Shown: positions 50,473-58,688, counted from the stretch's first letter. The stretch is DNA of 64,000 nt from a virus (IMGVR_UViG_3300028571_002036:1-64000); one strand, 5' to 3'. Translations and numbers: made by a program. The notes: a model not told the origin generated them from the sequence alone.

Positions 50473-51076
50473 GGGGGTGAACGGTATTGATTGGCAGGGT
50501 TAATCATACGGGGCATGCAGTGAGATGTTTCCTATCACTTTAATCTATGGGAGTGCTTTTTAAGTGGCAACACTTTTGAAAAGCTTCAGGCTGTAGGTCT
50601 TCTTACAACTGAAGCGGTTACTGTAGCTTAGGCTATAATAACCGTGGGTCGATGGGGACATATACCTTGAAACAGAAGTCCTTATGGTGTGGTTTCTACC
50701 TTAAAAGAAATGGAGGTAATGTTTGGTGTTCTACCGATTTGAGTGAACACTCCACAGTTTCTGATGACGATGGCAAAATAGGAATCAGATATTTCGGAGG
50801 GTTAAACAAACCCTGACCTAAGCATGTAGTCCTTTATGGGTAAACTGAGCAAGACGTGGGTTAAAAATCGAGCCCCTTCATATCGTGAGATATGTCGAAA
50901 ATCGGATGAATTCAGGGGAAGTCTTTCGGGATTATCCTGAGCCAAGCCTGGTAGGAATAGGAAGGTGCAGAGACTAGTGGGTGGTAGACGCTTCTACCGT
51001 AATACCACATTAGCGTCCGACATCTTGAAAAAGATGATGATATAGTCCACTTGTGTCGAATCCCACCACCTCCACC
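50473..51076 (+). ncRNA. ssrA: tmRNA (intron-containing)
   Basis: Acceptor GGGGGTG/CACCTCC with G3.U70 and A73; spliced T-arm GTGGG-TTCGAAT-CCCAC; helix-2 GCATG/CATGT; tag ORF 50566-50631 (GNTFEKLQAVGLLTTEAVTVA*). Confidence 0.93.
50862..51055 (+). mobile_element. Group I intron (194 nt, no ORF) in the tmRNA T-loop
   Basis: P1 GGGU|U...AGCCC with U.G at the splice site; P/Q GAATTCAGGGGAA / ATCCTGAGCCAAG; R GCAGAGACTA; S GATATAGTCC; P3 CGGATG/CGTCCG; terminal G. Confidence 0.92.
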
Positions 51077-51087
51077 GTGGACAAATT

Positions 51088-51120
51088 TGAAAGGGTCTTT
51101 AATTAGACCTTTTCATTTGT
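51088..51120 (+). terminator. Hairpin/terminator downstream of tmRNA
   Basis: TGAAAGGGTCT-TTAATT-AGACCTTTTCA followed by a T-rich stretch. Confidence 0.55.
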
Positions 51121-51181
51121 TCATAAATTAGATTTATAATTTATGTAAAATTTGATGTTAAGTTTTATTATTTTTTACTAC

Positions 51182-51209
51182 TTGACAGATAATTATTGTC
51201 GATTATAAT
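51182..51209 (+). promoter_or_regulatory. Consensus sigma70-type promoter
   Basis: TTGACA-N16-TATAAT upstream of ATG 51231. Confidence 0.45.
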
Positions 51210-51230
51210 ATTCAATATAATTTATACAAA

Positions 51231-51401
51231 ATGAAAAACATCATCGCATCTATTTTTGCTGCTGTCGTTTTAACTTCTTGTGGCGGTGAATCAACAGTTG
51301 AAGAAACTGTTATTGACACCACAACTGTTGTTACCGAGGAGGATACCCTTGTAACTGAAGAAGTTGTTGAAACTTTAGGAGAAGAAGCTACCGCAGAGTA
51401 A
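51231..51401 (+). CDS. Small acidic lipoprotein (56 aa; below ORF-track cutoff)
   Basis: MKNIIASIFAAVVLTSC-GGESTVEETVIDTTTVVTEED...; lipobox LTSC; has its own terminator. Confidence 0.8.
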   Translation: MKNIIASIFAAVVLTSCGGESTVEETVIDTTTVVTEEDTLVTEEVVETLGEEATAE

Positions 51402-51423
51402 TTTACATTTCTCTTTGACGCAG

Positions 51424-51447
51424 AGGGGTCTTCGGACCCCTTTTTTT
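51424..51447 (+). terminator. Intrinsic terminator
   Basis: GGGGTC-TTCG-GACCCC-T7. Confidence 0.9.
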
Positions 51448-51475
51448 ATCACTAATAATTTTCTATATTTTAACT

Positions 51476-51877
51476 ATGAGTAAACACGCAAATATTTGTA
51501 GTAACAATTGTTTTGGTAGGAAAGATTATGATGGTAGTTGTTGTCACATAGAAGACAGAGATTACATAATTGGACCTCACACGGACCCCGAAGAGTTTCT
51601 TGAAAGATTATCTGATAGATTCAATAGAAAAGTAAAATTTGAAGAAATATTTTATTCATTCGAGGAAGGTTCAAGTTTATTTCCTGAAAGAAGTTCATGG
51701 CAAAATCCTAATTCGTATCCGGCGTTAAAAATCGATATCGAAAAAGAACGGAAACCATGTATATTTTATAATTCTACATTGCGTTCTTGTTCTATTTATG
51801 ATATCCGACCACAGATTTGTAGAAAATATTATTGTCAGTTTCTGTTTGATGTTTTAAATCCTGTTGACAAAAAATAA
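51476..51877 (+). CDS. YkgJ-family cysteine cluster protein
   Basis: 'C..C...G.CC', 'PCIFY....CSIYDIRPQICRKYYC'. Confidence 0.85.
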   Translation: MSKHANICSNNCFGRKDYDGSCCHIEDRDYIIGPHTDPEEFLERLSDRFNRKVKFEEIFYSFEEGSSLFPERSSWQNPNSYPALKIDIEKERKPCIFYNSTLRSCSIYDIRPQICRKYYCQFLFDVLNPVDKK

Positions 51878-51899
51878 TTTATTTATTATGGTTTCTCAC

Positions 51900-51987
51900 G
51901 GAAAAGTATCCAAGTTGTTGTACGGCACCTGACTTAAAATCAGACATAAGGTAAACCATATCGGGGAATCAAATCCCTCCTTTTCCG
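51900..51987 (+). pseudogene. Degenerate tRNA-Ser-like gene with UAA anticodon
   Basis: Acceptor GGAAAAG/CTTTTCC with G73 and a long variable arm; loop CTTAAAA; T-loop ATCAAAT; D-loop lacks GG. Confidence 0.55.
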
Positions 51988-52039
51988 CAGAAAAATATTT
52001 GAAAGTTTATAAATTATTTATTATATTTGTACAGACAAA

Positions 52040-52111
52040 GGGCCCATAGGTAAAGGGATATACCCTCTCACTTCTAATGAGATATTTCAGGTTCGAATCC
52101 TGGTGGGCCTA
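52040..52111 (+). tRNA. tRNA-Arg(UCU)
   Basis: GGGCCCA/TGGGCCT acceptor, TCTCA-CTTCTAA-TGAGA, TTCGAAT; TATATTTG promoter at 52022. Confidence 0.88.
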
Positions 52112-52119
52112 CAAAAGTT

Positions 52120-52296
52120 ATGAAATCAAGTCAAGAAGACATAAAAAAAACCCGATACAATGGTGTGGCACCTGAGGGCTATACCTTGCTTCGAAATGAA
52201 GTTTTAGCAGAACTAAAAAATTTTGATAATTGGAAAGCTTGGAAAAACGACGAAATTTCCCTCTACGACCTCGATAAGACGGATATTTCGGAATAG
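52120..52296 (+). CDS. Small hypothetical protein (58 aa)
   Basis: MKSSQEDIKKTRYNGVAPEGY...; co-oriented between tRNAs. Confidence 0.5.
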   Translation: MKSSQEDIKKTRYNGVAPEGYTLLRNEVLAELKNFDNWKAWKNDEISLYDLDKTDISE

Positions 52297-52474
52297 AATT
52301 CATAATTTTGATATATTTAAACCTAAACCCCCCTTTCTATGAATCCTGAAATTCTCAACACCACTGATATCCTCTTCCAAAGCGGTCAAATTATTGACAA
52401 AGCTCAATGTGAGATTTATCTTTGTGAATGGGATAATATCCATGGTGATATTGTCTTGTTTGTATAAATAAAAA

Positions 52475-52547
52475 GCGGTAATAGCTCAGTTGGTAGAGCA
52501 CGTTCCTTCCAAGTACGGGGTCGCAGGTTCGAATCCTGTTTACCGCT
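52475..52547 (+). tRNA. tRNA-Gly(UCC)
   Basis: GCGGTAA/TTACCGC with U73, loop CTTCCAA, canonical D and T arms. Confidence 0.92.
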
Positions 52548-52550
52548 CAA

Positions 52551-52752
52551 AGTAGACCTTCAAAAGGGCCCTTCCGTATTTATACGGCTTGTTGGGCCCG
52601 GGTCTATTTTAAAATAAACAGTACCTCGAGGCTTCCCGTAAGAACAGCTCTAAATTCTGAGGTCTTATAGTGATACAAGTGAATAACCCAAGGCATAAGA
52701 TACAATCACACCCCCAACCTCTCCTTGGAGGACGCTTCAAGGATGTTGGGGT
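52551..52752 (+). ncRNA. Tandem structured hairpins between tRNA genes (unknown)
   Basis: TAGACC/GGTCTA+GGGCCC/GGGCCC+CCGTA/TACGG; ACCTC/GAGGT; GTGAT/ATCAC; CCCCAAC/GTTGGGG+TCCTTGGAG/CTTCAAGGA. Confidence 0.4.
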
Positions 52753-52756
52753 TTTA

Positions 52757-52832
52757 GCCGAAGTAGCTCAGTGGTAGAGCAGCTTTCGTAAAAGATGGTG
52801 TGACGCGATAGGTTCGATTCCTGCCTTCGGCT
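52757..52832 (+). pseudogene. tRNA-Thr-like gene with aberrant anticodon arm
   Basis: GCCGAAG/CTTCGGC acceptor, intact D arm and TTCGATT loop; the anticodon region (TCGTAA) cannot form a 5-bp stem with a 7-nt loop. Confidence 0.55.
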
Positions 52833-52862
52833 CTTAATTACTCAATAAACTATTTATTGATT

Positions 52863-53495
52863 ATGAACAGTAGATTATTGAAAGAAATTTCTGAGATTAA
52901 AAAACAAATCTCTTTATTGGAAGACTATGTAAGAGTGGATGAAACAGGATTTTCATTCATTACTACCGATGATGATGCAACCAAAACTGACAAAATCTCA
53001 AGGGCTTTGTTACAAGATATCAACACCGCCGCTAAAAGAGCTGGTGTTAAAGCGGTTATAACTACCGCCAGCTCGGGACACTCTGAAAAAACTATTAGTG
53101 GAACTCGTAGTAGACATCCCGATAATAACGCGGTTGATATTTCAAATATCAATGGAGAAGCCGCTCAGGGTGCGAGTTCAAACAACCCAGGTAACCCAAA
53201 ATTCAAAAAACTTGGTGATGCTTTGGTGAATGAATTGGTTGATATGGGTTATTCTTTAAATGTCGAGAGTGGAAAAGATAAGGCAGTTTTATGGCAAACA
53301 AATACAGGTGGAAACCACTACAATCACATCCACATTTCAAATATTACGGATACACCAAGCGAAGAGTCAGAAACTGAAGATACCGAAACTACGACTGCCG
53401 GTGTCAGAGATGGTCAGTTTCAACAGGAAAAACCATCTTTTGATATCTCACAAACTTTAAAATCATTCCAAAAGTTCAAAGATATTTTCAAGTGA
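52863..53495 (+). CDS. LAS/peptidase M15-like Zn metallopeptidase (possible virion peptidoglycan hydrolase)
   Basis: H-x6-D 'SRHPDNNAVDI' and HxH 'HYNHIHIS'. Confidence 0.65.
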   Translation: MNSRLLKEISEIKKQISLLEDYVRVDETGFSFITTDDDATKTDKISRALLQDINTAAKRAGVKAVITTASSGHSEKTISGTRSRHPDNNAVDISNINGEAAQGASSNNPGNPKFKKLGDALVNELVDMGYSLNVESGKDKAVLWQTNTGGNHYNHIHISNITDTPSEESETEDTETTTAGVRDGQFQQEKPSFDISQTLKSFQKFKDIFK

Positions 53496-53542
53496 CTTGT
53501 GGAAGGTGAGGGATTTGCTCTATCAAGTAAGTTTTCTGTGAC

Positions 53543-53707
53543 TTAAATCATATCAGGATTATCACCATCATTATCCTTTATCGAATTCAATATACTTGGT
53601 AATGCAAGTGCCAACAAAGACCACCAAGGATTCTCAAAGTGGTAAACAATATATCCAATTAATAGAATAAATGCGAGTCCCAAAACAATTATCGCTAATT
53701 CTTTCAT
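53543..53707 (-). CDS. Small membrane protein
   Basis: Two hydrophobic segments: 'LAIIVLGLAFILLIGYIV' and 'PWWSLLALAL'. Confidence 0.55.
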   Translation of the reverse strand: MKELAIIVLGLAFILLIGYIVYHFENPWWSLLALALPSILNSIKDNDGDNPDMI

Positions 53708-53994
53708 TGTTCCCAATCTGAAAATTTCAAACCCCACATCAAACCAATCATAGCCATTTCCCTTTCCGCAAGGTGTTTGTTGATTCTAAGATTTTTTCTT
53801 ATAAATTCAGTACCCCACAACTGCCATTCATCATTTTGAGCTTTGGTCATTTCCCATTCCTGATACCAAGAATCTTTTCTGTCTTTAATATCCTCGTAAG
53901 AAATATTATGACCTGCAATATAAAACATTTTGTTGATTAGTTCTTCAACAACTTTCTGATTTTTTTCCTGTTTTGATAATCGCTTCTTTGTCAT
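53704..53994 (-). CDS. Hypothetical protein
   Basis: 96-aa ORF with coupled overlaps. Confidence 0.6.
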   Translation of the reverse strand: MTKKRLSKQEKNQKVVEELINKMFYIAGHNISYEDIKDRKDSWYQEWEMTKAQNDEWQLWGTEFIRKNLRINKHLAEREMAMIGLMWGLKFSDWEQ

Positions 53995-54584
53995 TACATT
54001 AAAAATTTTATAATTTTATCCTTTATACCTGATTGCTTTATACCTTCCCAAGACCTTGGTGTTTGAACAAAATTACTTAAGCCTGGTTTGTTATCTGAAC
54101 CATCTCTGTCAGAAAATTGAGCACCCAAAAAATCTATAGACATATCCAAATCATCAACCGCAACCCAATGAGTAATCTCAGGATGAGATTCCAACCAATG
54201 TTGAATTTCCATGAATCTCTCTAATTCCAAATCAGCCCTGAATCTTAGTTTAGCCCATTCAGATGGAAATAAATCTTTAAACATTCCTGTGGTATCTATT
54301 GGTCTTTTAATAACACCCTGTGATAAGTAATAATCTCCAAGTTCCTCGAGTGTTGCGTGAAACCTCCAATCTGAACTCACCACATATTCTGCGCCTGTTT
54401 TCTCAAGAATTTTGTTGAAAACCTTAATCGCTTTTGGGTCGAAGTTATCAAATCGAACATATACAGGTAAGTCATTTGCTGATGTACCCATAGTTCTACC
54501 CTCTTTGATTTGTTTCTTCCTACGAGAACCCCAGTTCTCTGCCAAGCAGATTACACCATCATTATCTAAGAATATTACTTTCAT
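53994..54584 (-). CDS. HAD-domain protein of RNA-repair type (HAD_SAK_2-like)
   Basis: 'KVIFLDNDGVI', 'VVSSDWR', 'EIQHWL...WVAVDD'. Confidence 0.8.
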   Translation of the reverse strand: MKVIFLDNDGVICLAENWGSRRKKQIKEGRTMGTSANDLPVYVRFDNFDPKAIKVFNKILEKTGAEYVVSSDWRFHATLEELGDYYLSQGVIKRPIDTTGMFKDLFPSEWAKLRFRADLELERFMEIQHWLESHPEITHWVAVDDLDMSIDFLGAQFSDRDGSDNKPGLSNFVQTPRSWEGIKQSGIKDKIIKFLM

Positions 54585-54743
54585 CTTGAATTGATTTGTA
54601 GTGAGATTCATAATATGTGAGTGGCATCAAATGTCCCTTTTCACCTGATATTGCTTCTTTGAGTGTTGAATAATGAAACACTTGGTCATTGGAAACAACA
54701 ACCCAATTTTTTTGGTTTGCTAAGTTTGGTCTAGTTAAATACA
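54562..54743 (-). CDS. Small hypothetical protein
   Basis: ORF MYLTRPNLANQKNW... downstream of TATCTTTG (54752-54759). Confidence 0.45.
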
Positions 54744-54915
54744 TAATACAACAAAGATACAACAAAAATTACTACCAAACTAATAAAGGCGATTTTATAT
54801 CCTCCTTGAATTTTGTGTTTTGACCTACCTTGCCAATCCTCGGGGTTCCAAGATTCTTTCCAATTGTCAGAATATTTGTTTCTCATATTTTTTTTAGTTA
54901 TTACAGAATGACTTG

Positions 54916-54981
54916 TAGCCCGACGGGGAATCGAACCCCTGAGTAAAAACCAGGTGCTCTATCTATTTGAGCTAATATCCC
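54916..54981 (-). pseudogene. Chimeric tRNA remnant (Lys-like 5' half fused to an unrelated 3' half)
   Basis: GGGATAT-TAGCTC...GAGCA-CCTGG-TTTTTAC-TCAGG joined directly to GGTTCGATTCCCCG-TCGGGCTA; the acceptor strands do not pair. Confidence 0.6.
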
Positions 54982-55024
54982 TATTTGTTATTACAAATAT
55001 AGAATAATAACATAAAAGACCAAA

Positions 55025-55807
55025 TTATTTTTCGATTCTTTTATTGAATGTGAAAACAGGATTTTGACAAAATCTTTGGTCGGTGACATAACATCGGTCT
55101 AAACCCATGATAATGTTGACATCATTTTCTAATGAAATTAATGGATGCAAGTCTTTTATCATTCCATGGAGTGAAACATGTTCCATCCAAAAATAAGCCA
55201 AAAAAGTTTTGATATATTTTTTTGGGACAACATTAAAAACATTTCCAGTTACCCTATTGTATGTATTCCAAAACCAAAACTCGCTTCCCAATGATTCAAC
55301 CATACTTTCTTTTTCATCCGTATAAAAACGAAAATCAGTCTCCGCCCACAAAAAGTTCATTTTGTTTTCGTTAATATTCAATTTTGAGATTGGGAGTTTG
55401 AATTGAGTGTCCGCCCTAACAAATACATACAAATCATATTCGGGAATTTCATCGTGTAATTTAAGAAATCTTCCACCACTTCTGAAATTTCCAGGACCCC
55501 ATTGCATGGGTACTTTTAATTGGTATAATTTACCAAGAAACTTTAAATCTTGATTAGAGATTTCATCGTAATCCAAATCAATTGCATAATATTCCTCTTT
55601 GAATTGTTGAAAATATTTGTGTTTGTTTGTTACCAAAGCGGTGTCAATCTTATAACCTAAACTCCTAAGAGGTTTGTAAATCATTTTCTGATGATTCGGA
55701 CGATTGTCCCTCATGTCAACAGAATAGGTATAAGAACCACTATAATCCAAAACCTTTTCGGAATATCCATTTCCGATATAGATTACTAAACAAGTTTTAT
55801 TAAACAT
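55025..55807 (-). CDS. Hypothetical protein, possibly glycosyltransferase-like
   Basis: 260-aa ORF; 'YDLYVFVRAD' resembles the 'YD.V...R.D' motif of glycan-related phage proteins. Confidence 0.5.
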   Translation of the reverse strand: MFNKTCLVIYIGNGYSEKVLDYSGSYTYSVDMRDNRPNHQKMIYKPLRSLGYKIDTALVTNKHKYFQQFKEEYYAIDLDYDEISNQDLKFLGKLYQLKVPMQWGPGNFRSGGRFLKLHDEIPEYDLYVFVRADTQFKLPISKLNINENKMNFLWAETDFRFYTDEKESMVESLGSEFWFWNTYNRVTGNVFNVVPKKYIKTFLAYFWMEHVSLHGMIKDLHPLISLENDVNIIMGLDRCYVTDQRFCQNPVFTFNKRIEK

Positions 55808-55843
55808 ACTTGTAGTAAAATAGTTATTTCTGCGGTAAAGTAA

Positions 55844-56785
55844 TTATATCTGTCCACCTTCAGCCGTATTTGCTTCGGGTTCATATAAATCCACCTCTAC
55901 TGGGAAATCTCTTAATTCAGTTTGTATTGCTCGGACCATTGGAGTTTCTTCCTGATACGACTTTTCAAGCTCTTTATAGAGAGAATAAGAAGTTTGCCAC
56001 GATTGTTCATTGAGTTGCCTGTTAGTGAAAGAATCTTTTACAAACAAAATGTCTTTTATTACATCCATAATCGCATTTGGTAATTCACACAACATGGAAT
56101 CAACTCTGTCGTCAACCATATTCCAAAAACTTAGCTCGGTTCCCTTATCTGAATGATTTCTATAAAAAACGGCAACTTTTTTTCCACTAATCTTATTGAT
56201 ACAATATACAAGTTTTCCATCTTCTGTATAATTGAAAAACTGACCCTGATATTTTTCAGAGGCGGTACACCATTTGGTCCCATAACCGTATTTTTGAGAA
56301 GCCTCAGCGGTAAATGGTCGAACAATTAACCATTCATCATCCTCATAATCTCTGAAAACTTGTTTTTGTAGTTTTTTTGAAATGTTCTTGAGTTTAATCA
56401 AACTTATTAATTGATGAATTTCTGAAATGTCCTTGATTTGCGTGACATCCATACCAGGTAATTGATTCTTTTCGGCAGCATCAATGAGATTTACCATCGA
56501 CCTAACCAACTCAGATTCGAAAGAACCTAAAAACTGATAAATCAAAGGTATTTGTTCGTCTGAAATATTTTTTAACTCCAAATTATAGATATCTCGTATT
56601 TCTCTACGAAAATCATCTATATGGTTTTTTTTAAAATTCCTCTGACTATAATTCTTCGTAAATAGTTTAACCATTAGGGGTGTATACTTGTTAGTTTTAC
56701 TTGGGTCAAGTAACATAATCACATCCAACAAATTCATTTTCATGAACTCCGAAGTTTGTTCTATAATGTCAGTTCGTTTTGCCAT
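55844..56785 (-). CDS. Hypothetical protein with 'YG.GTKWCT' motif
   Basis: 313-aa ORF; 'WLIVRP.T.EAS.KYGYGTKWCTA'. Confidence 0.65.
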   Translation of the reverse strand: MAKRTDIIEQTSEFMKMNLLDVIMLLDPSKTNKYTPLMVKLFTKNYSQRNFKKNHIDDFRREIRDIYNLELKNISDEQIPLIYQFLGSFESELVRSMVNLIDAAEKNQLPGMDVTQIKDISEIHQLISLIKLKNISKKLQKQVFRDYEDDEWLIVRPFTAEASQKYGYGTKWCTASEKYQGQFFNYTEDGKLVYCINKISGKKVAVFYRNHSDKGTELSFWNMVDDRVDSMLCELPNAIMDVIKDILFVKDSFTNRQLNEQSWQTSYSLYKELEKSYQEETPMVRAIQTELRDFPVEVDLYEPEANTAEGGQI

Positions 56786-56859
56786 AATAAAATAATTTAT
56801 GTAAAGATAAGAAAGAAAAAAGTCACAACCAAAGACTATTTATAATAAGTTATTAAAAA

Positions 56860-58368
56860 ATGCCCACAGCTCGTCCTTTTGCTTATAATCCAGGTTCCCC
56901 TATTGCTGGAACTGAACAAGTCGGTGATATTGCCGTGGGTATAACTCCACAAAACTATTCGGGAGGATACGGAGGAGTCCGTTGGTGGAATGGACCCGAC
57001 GAAGACTTGGGATATATTATTTGTTACTCAGTTCCAACAGAGGACCACCCAAGCCCTGACGGACCAATTGCTGGTGTTGGATTTTTTAGGTCAAAATTCT
57101 TAACTGAACCATCCTTTATTGAAATTGCAGAATATGTTTCAAATGGACAAACATTTGCAACTGGTGCTGATGCAAAAATTTGGTTGAATGCAAATGGTTA
57201 TTGGACCTCCTATGATGCTGTTAGTGTTACACCTACTCCAACACCAACCCCTACCGAAACTATACCGGTTACCCCAAATCCAACAGGAACTCCAACACGA
57301 ACTCCAACACGAACTCCAAGACCTACGGTTACTCCAACTAACACACCTTACCCACCTAACACATATAAATTCTATTTGACTGAGGGTTCAAATCCTGTTG
57401 TCCCACAAAGTAATGGTGATATCATGTTTATCACTTCAGGAGATACGATAACATACAATCCAAATGATAGTTTTGAATTTGTGTTTACGGCAATCGATAA
57501 ATCAGGAACTTCACATCCTGAATATGATGATTTATTAATTTATGGTGGAACAATTACATTGACACAAGATACCAATACTTACATTGCAAGTGGTGACAGT
57601 GGATTTTTCTCTTATACTTCAACAATTGTAAGTTACTATTCAGCAAATTCTTTAGATGTAACACAGCTTTCGGCAAATCCGTTTGTTTCTGGAAGTCCAA
57701 TCTATTTAACTGCCTCTATTAATTATCCACCAACACCAACTCCAACAAATACTCCAACTAACACAGAAACACCTACCGAAACTCCAACTCAAACTCCTAC
57801 ACCAAGTGTAACTGTTGGACTAACTCCAACAATGACGCCAAGTAATTCGCCGACTCCTTCGGTAACGGCGTATATTACTCCAAACCCAACTGAAACTCCG
57901 ATAAATACGCCAACTAATACGGAAACATCAACCCCAACTCCAACACCTGCTGGACCAGGACAATATTTTTTCTTCCTTCCTGATGGGGCTACACCATCCA
58001 ATCCAGATAGTCCAGGTAATATAATGTTTCTTTCAGAAACTAGTGGACCTCAACTTGTAACATATAATTGGAATTTAGCTTTCTCTGCTTATATTAATGC
58101 AACAGATGCTTCTGGATTAAACCATCCTGATTATTACGATACTTTAACTTATGGAGGTACAGTAACAATGACTCAAGGGGCAAATACAATAATCTTCAGT
58201 GGTAATCCTTCAGTGTTTGTTGATTACGGAAGTGGTATTCTTGCAGTTGACCCTGTAACAATTCAAAGTAGTAGTTTTGTTTCAAGTACTCCGATAAACG
58301 TATTAGTTGAGGTAAATTATCCTCCAACACCCACACCAACAAATACAGTTACCCCAACACCATCATAA
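56860..58368 (+). CDS. Thr/Pro-rich modular protein, probable virion appendage
   Basis: N-terminal domain, TP linkers and two related ~120-aa beta domains ('G.IMF', 'HP.Y.D.L.YGGT.T.TQ', 'FVS..PI....[11 protein letters not shown]'). Confidence 0.75.
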   Translation: MPTARPFAYNPGSPIAGTEQVGDIAVGITPQNYSGGYGGVRWWNGPDEDLGYIICYSVPTEDHPSPDGPIAGVGFFRSKFLTEPSFIEIAEYVSNGQTFATGADAKIWLNANGYWTSYDAVSVTPTPTPTPTETIPVTPNPTGTPTRTPTRTPRPTVTPTNTPYPPNTYKFYLTEGSNPVVPQSNGDIMFITSGDTITYNPNDSFEFVFTAIDKSGTSHPEYDDLLIYGGTITLTQDTNTYIASGDSGFFSYTSTIVSYYSANSLDVTQLSANPFVSGSPIYLTASINYPPTPTPTNTPTNTETPTETPTQTPTPSVTVGLTPTMTPSNSPTPSVTAYITPNPTETPINTPTNTETSTPTPTPAGPGQYFFFLPDGATPSNPDSPGNIMFLSETSGPQLVTYNWNLAFSAYINATDASGLNHPDYYDTLTYGGTVTMTQGANTIIFSGNPSVFVDYGSGILAVDPVTIQSSSFVSSTPINVLVEVNYPPTPTPTNTVTPTPS

Positions 58369-58614
58369 ATCCCATCCTCAGGATTTACAGTCACAGTACA
58401 AGAAATTGGGTCTGATGTTGTTTGGTCGGGTTCCGGTAATTTGAACCTGACTAACTTAACATTTCAAAATAGCAGCACATTGACCGCAGGATTTTCAGCT
58501 ACTCAAGCAATTTGGGCTGCAGGTCCGAGGTTTTCAAAATATATTTTGCCATGTTTTTTTTTTCTTAAAATTAGTTAATTAAAAATTTAAAGTCAAATAG
58601 CGGAAAAACTTTAG

Positions 58615-58688
58615 GGTGAATAATGGGAATCGAACCCACGACGCTCGGAACCACAAACCGATGCTCTACCAACTGAGCTATATCCACC
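58615..58688 (-). tRNA. tRNA-His(GUG)
   Basis: G-1, GTGGATA/TATTCAC, C73, loop TTGTGGT. Confidence 0.92.
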
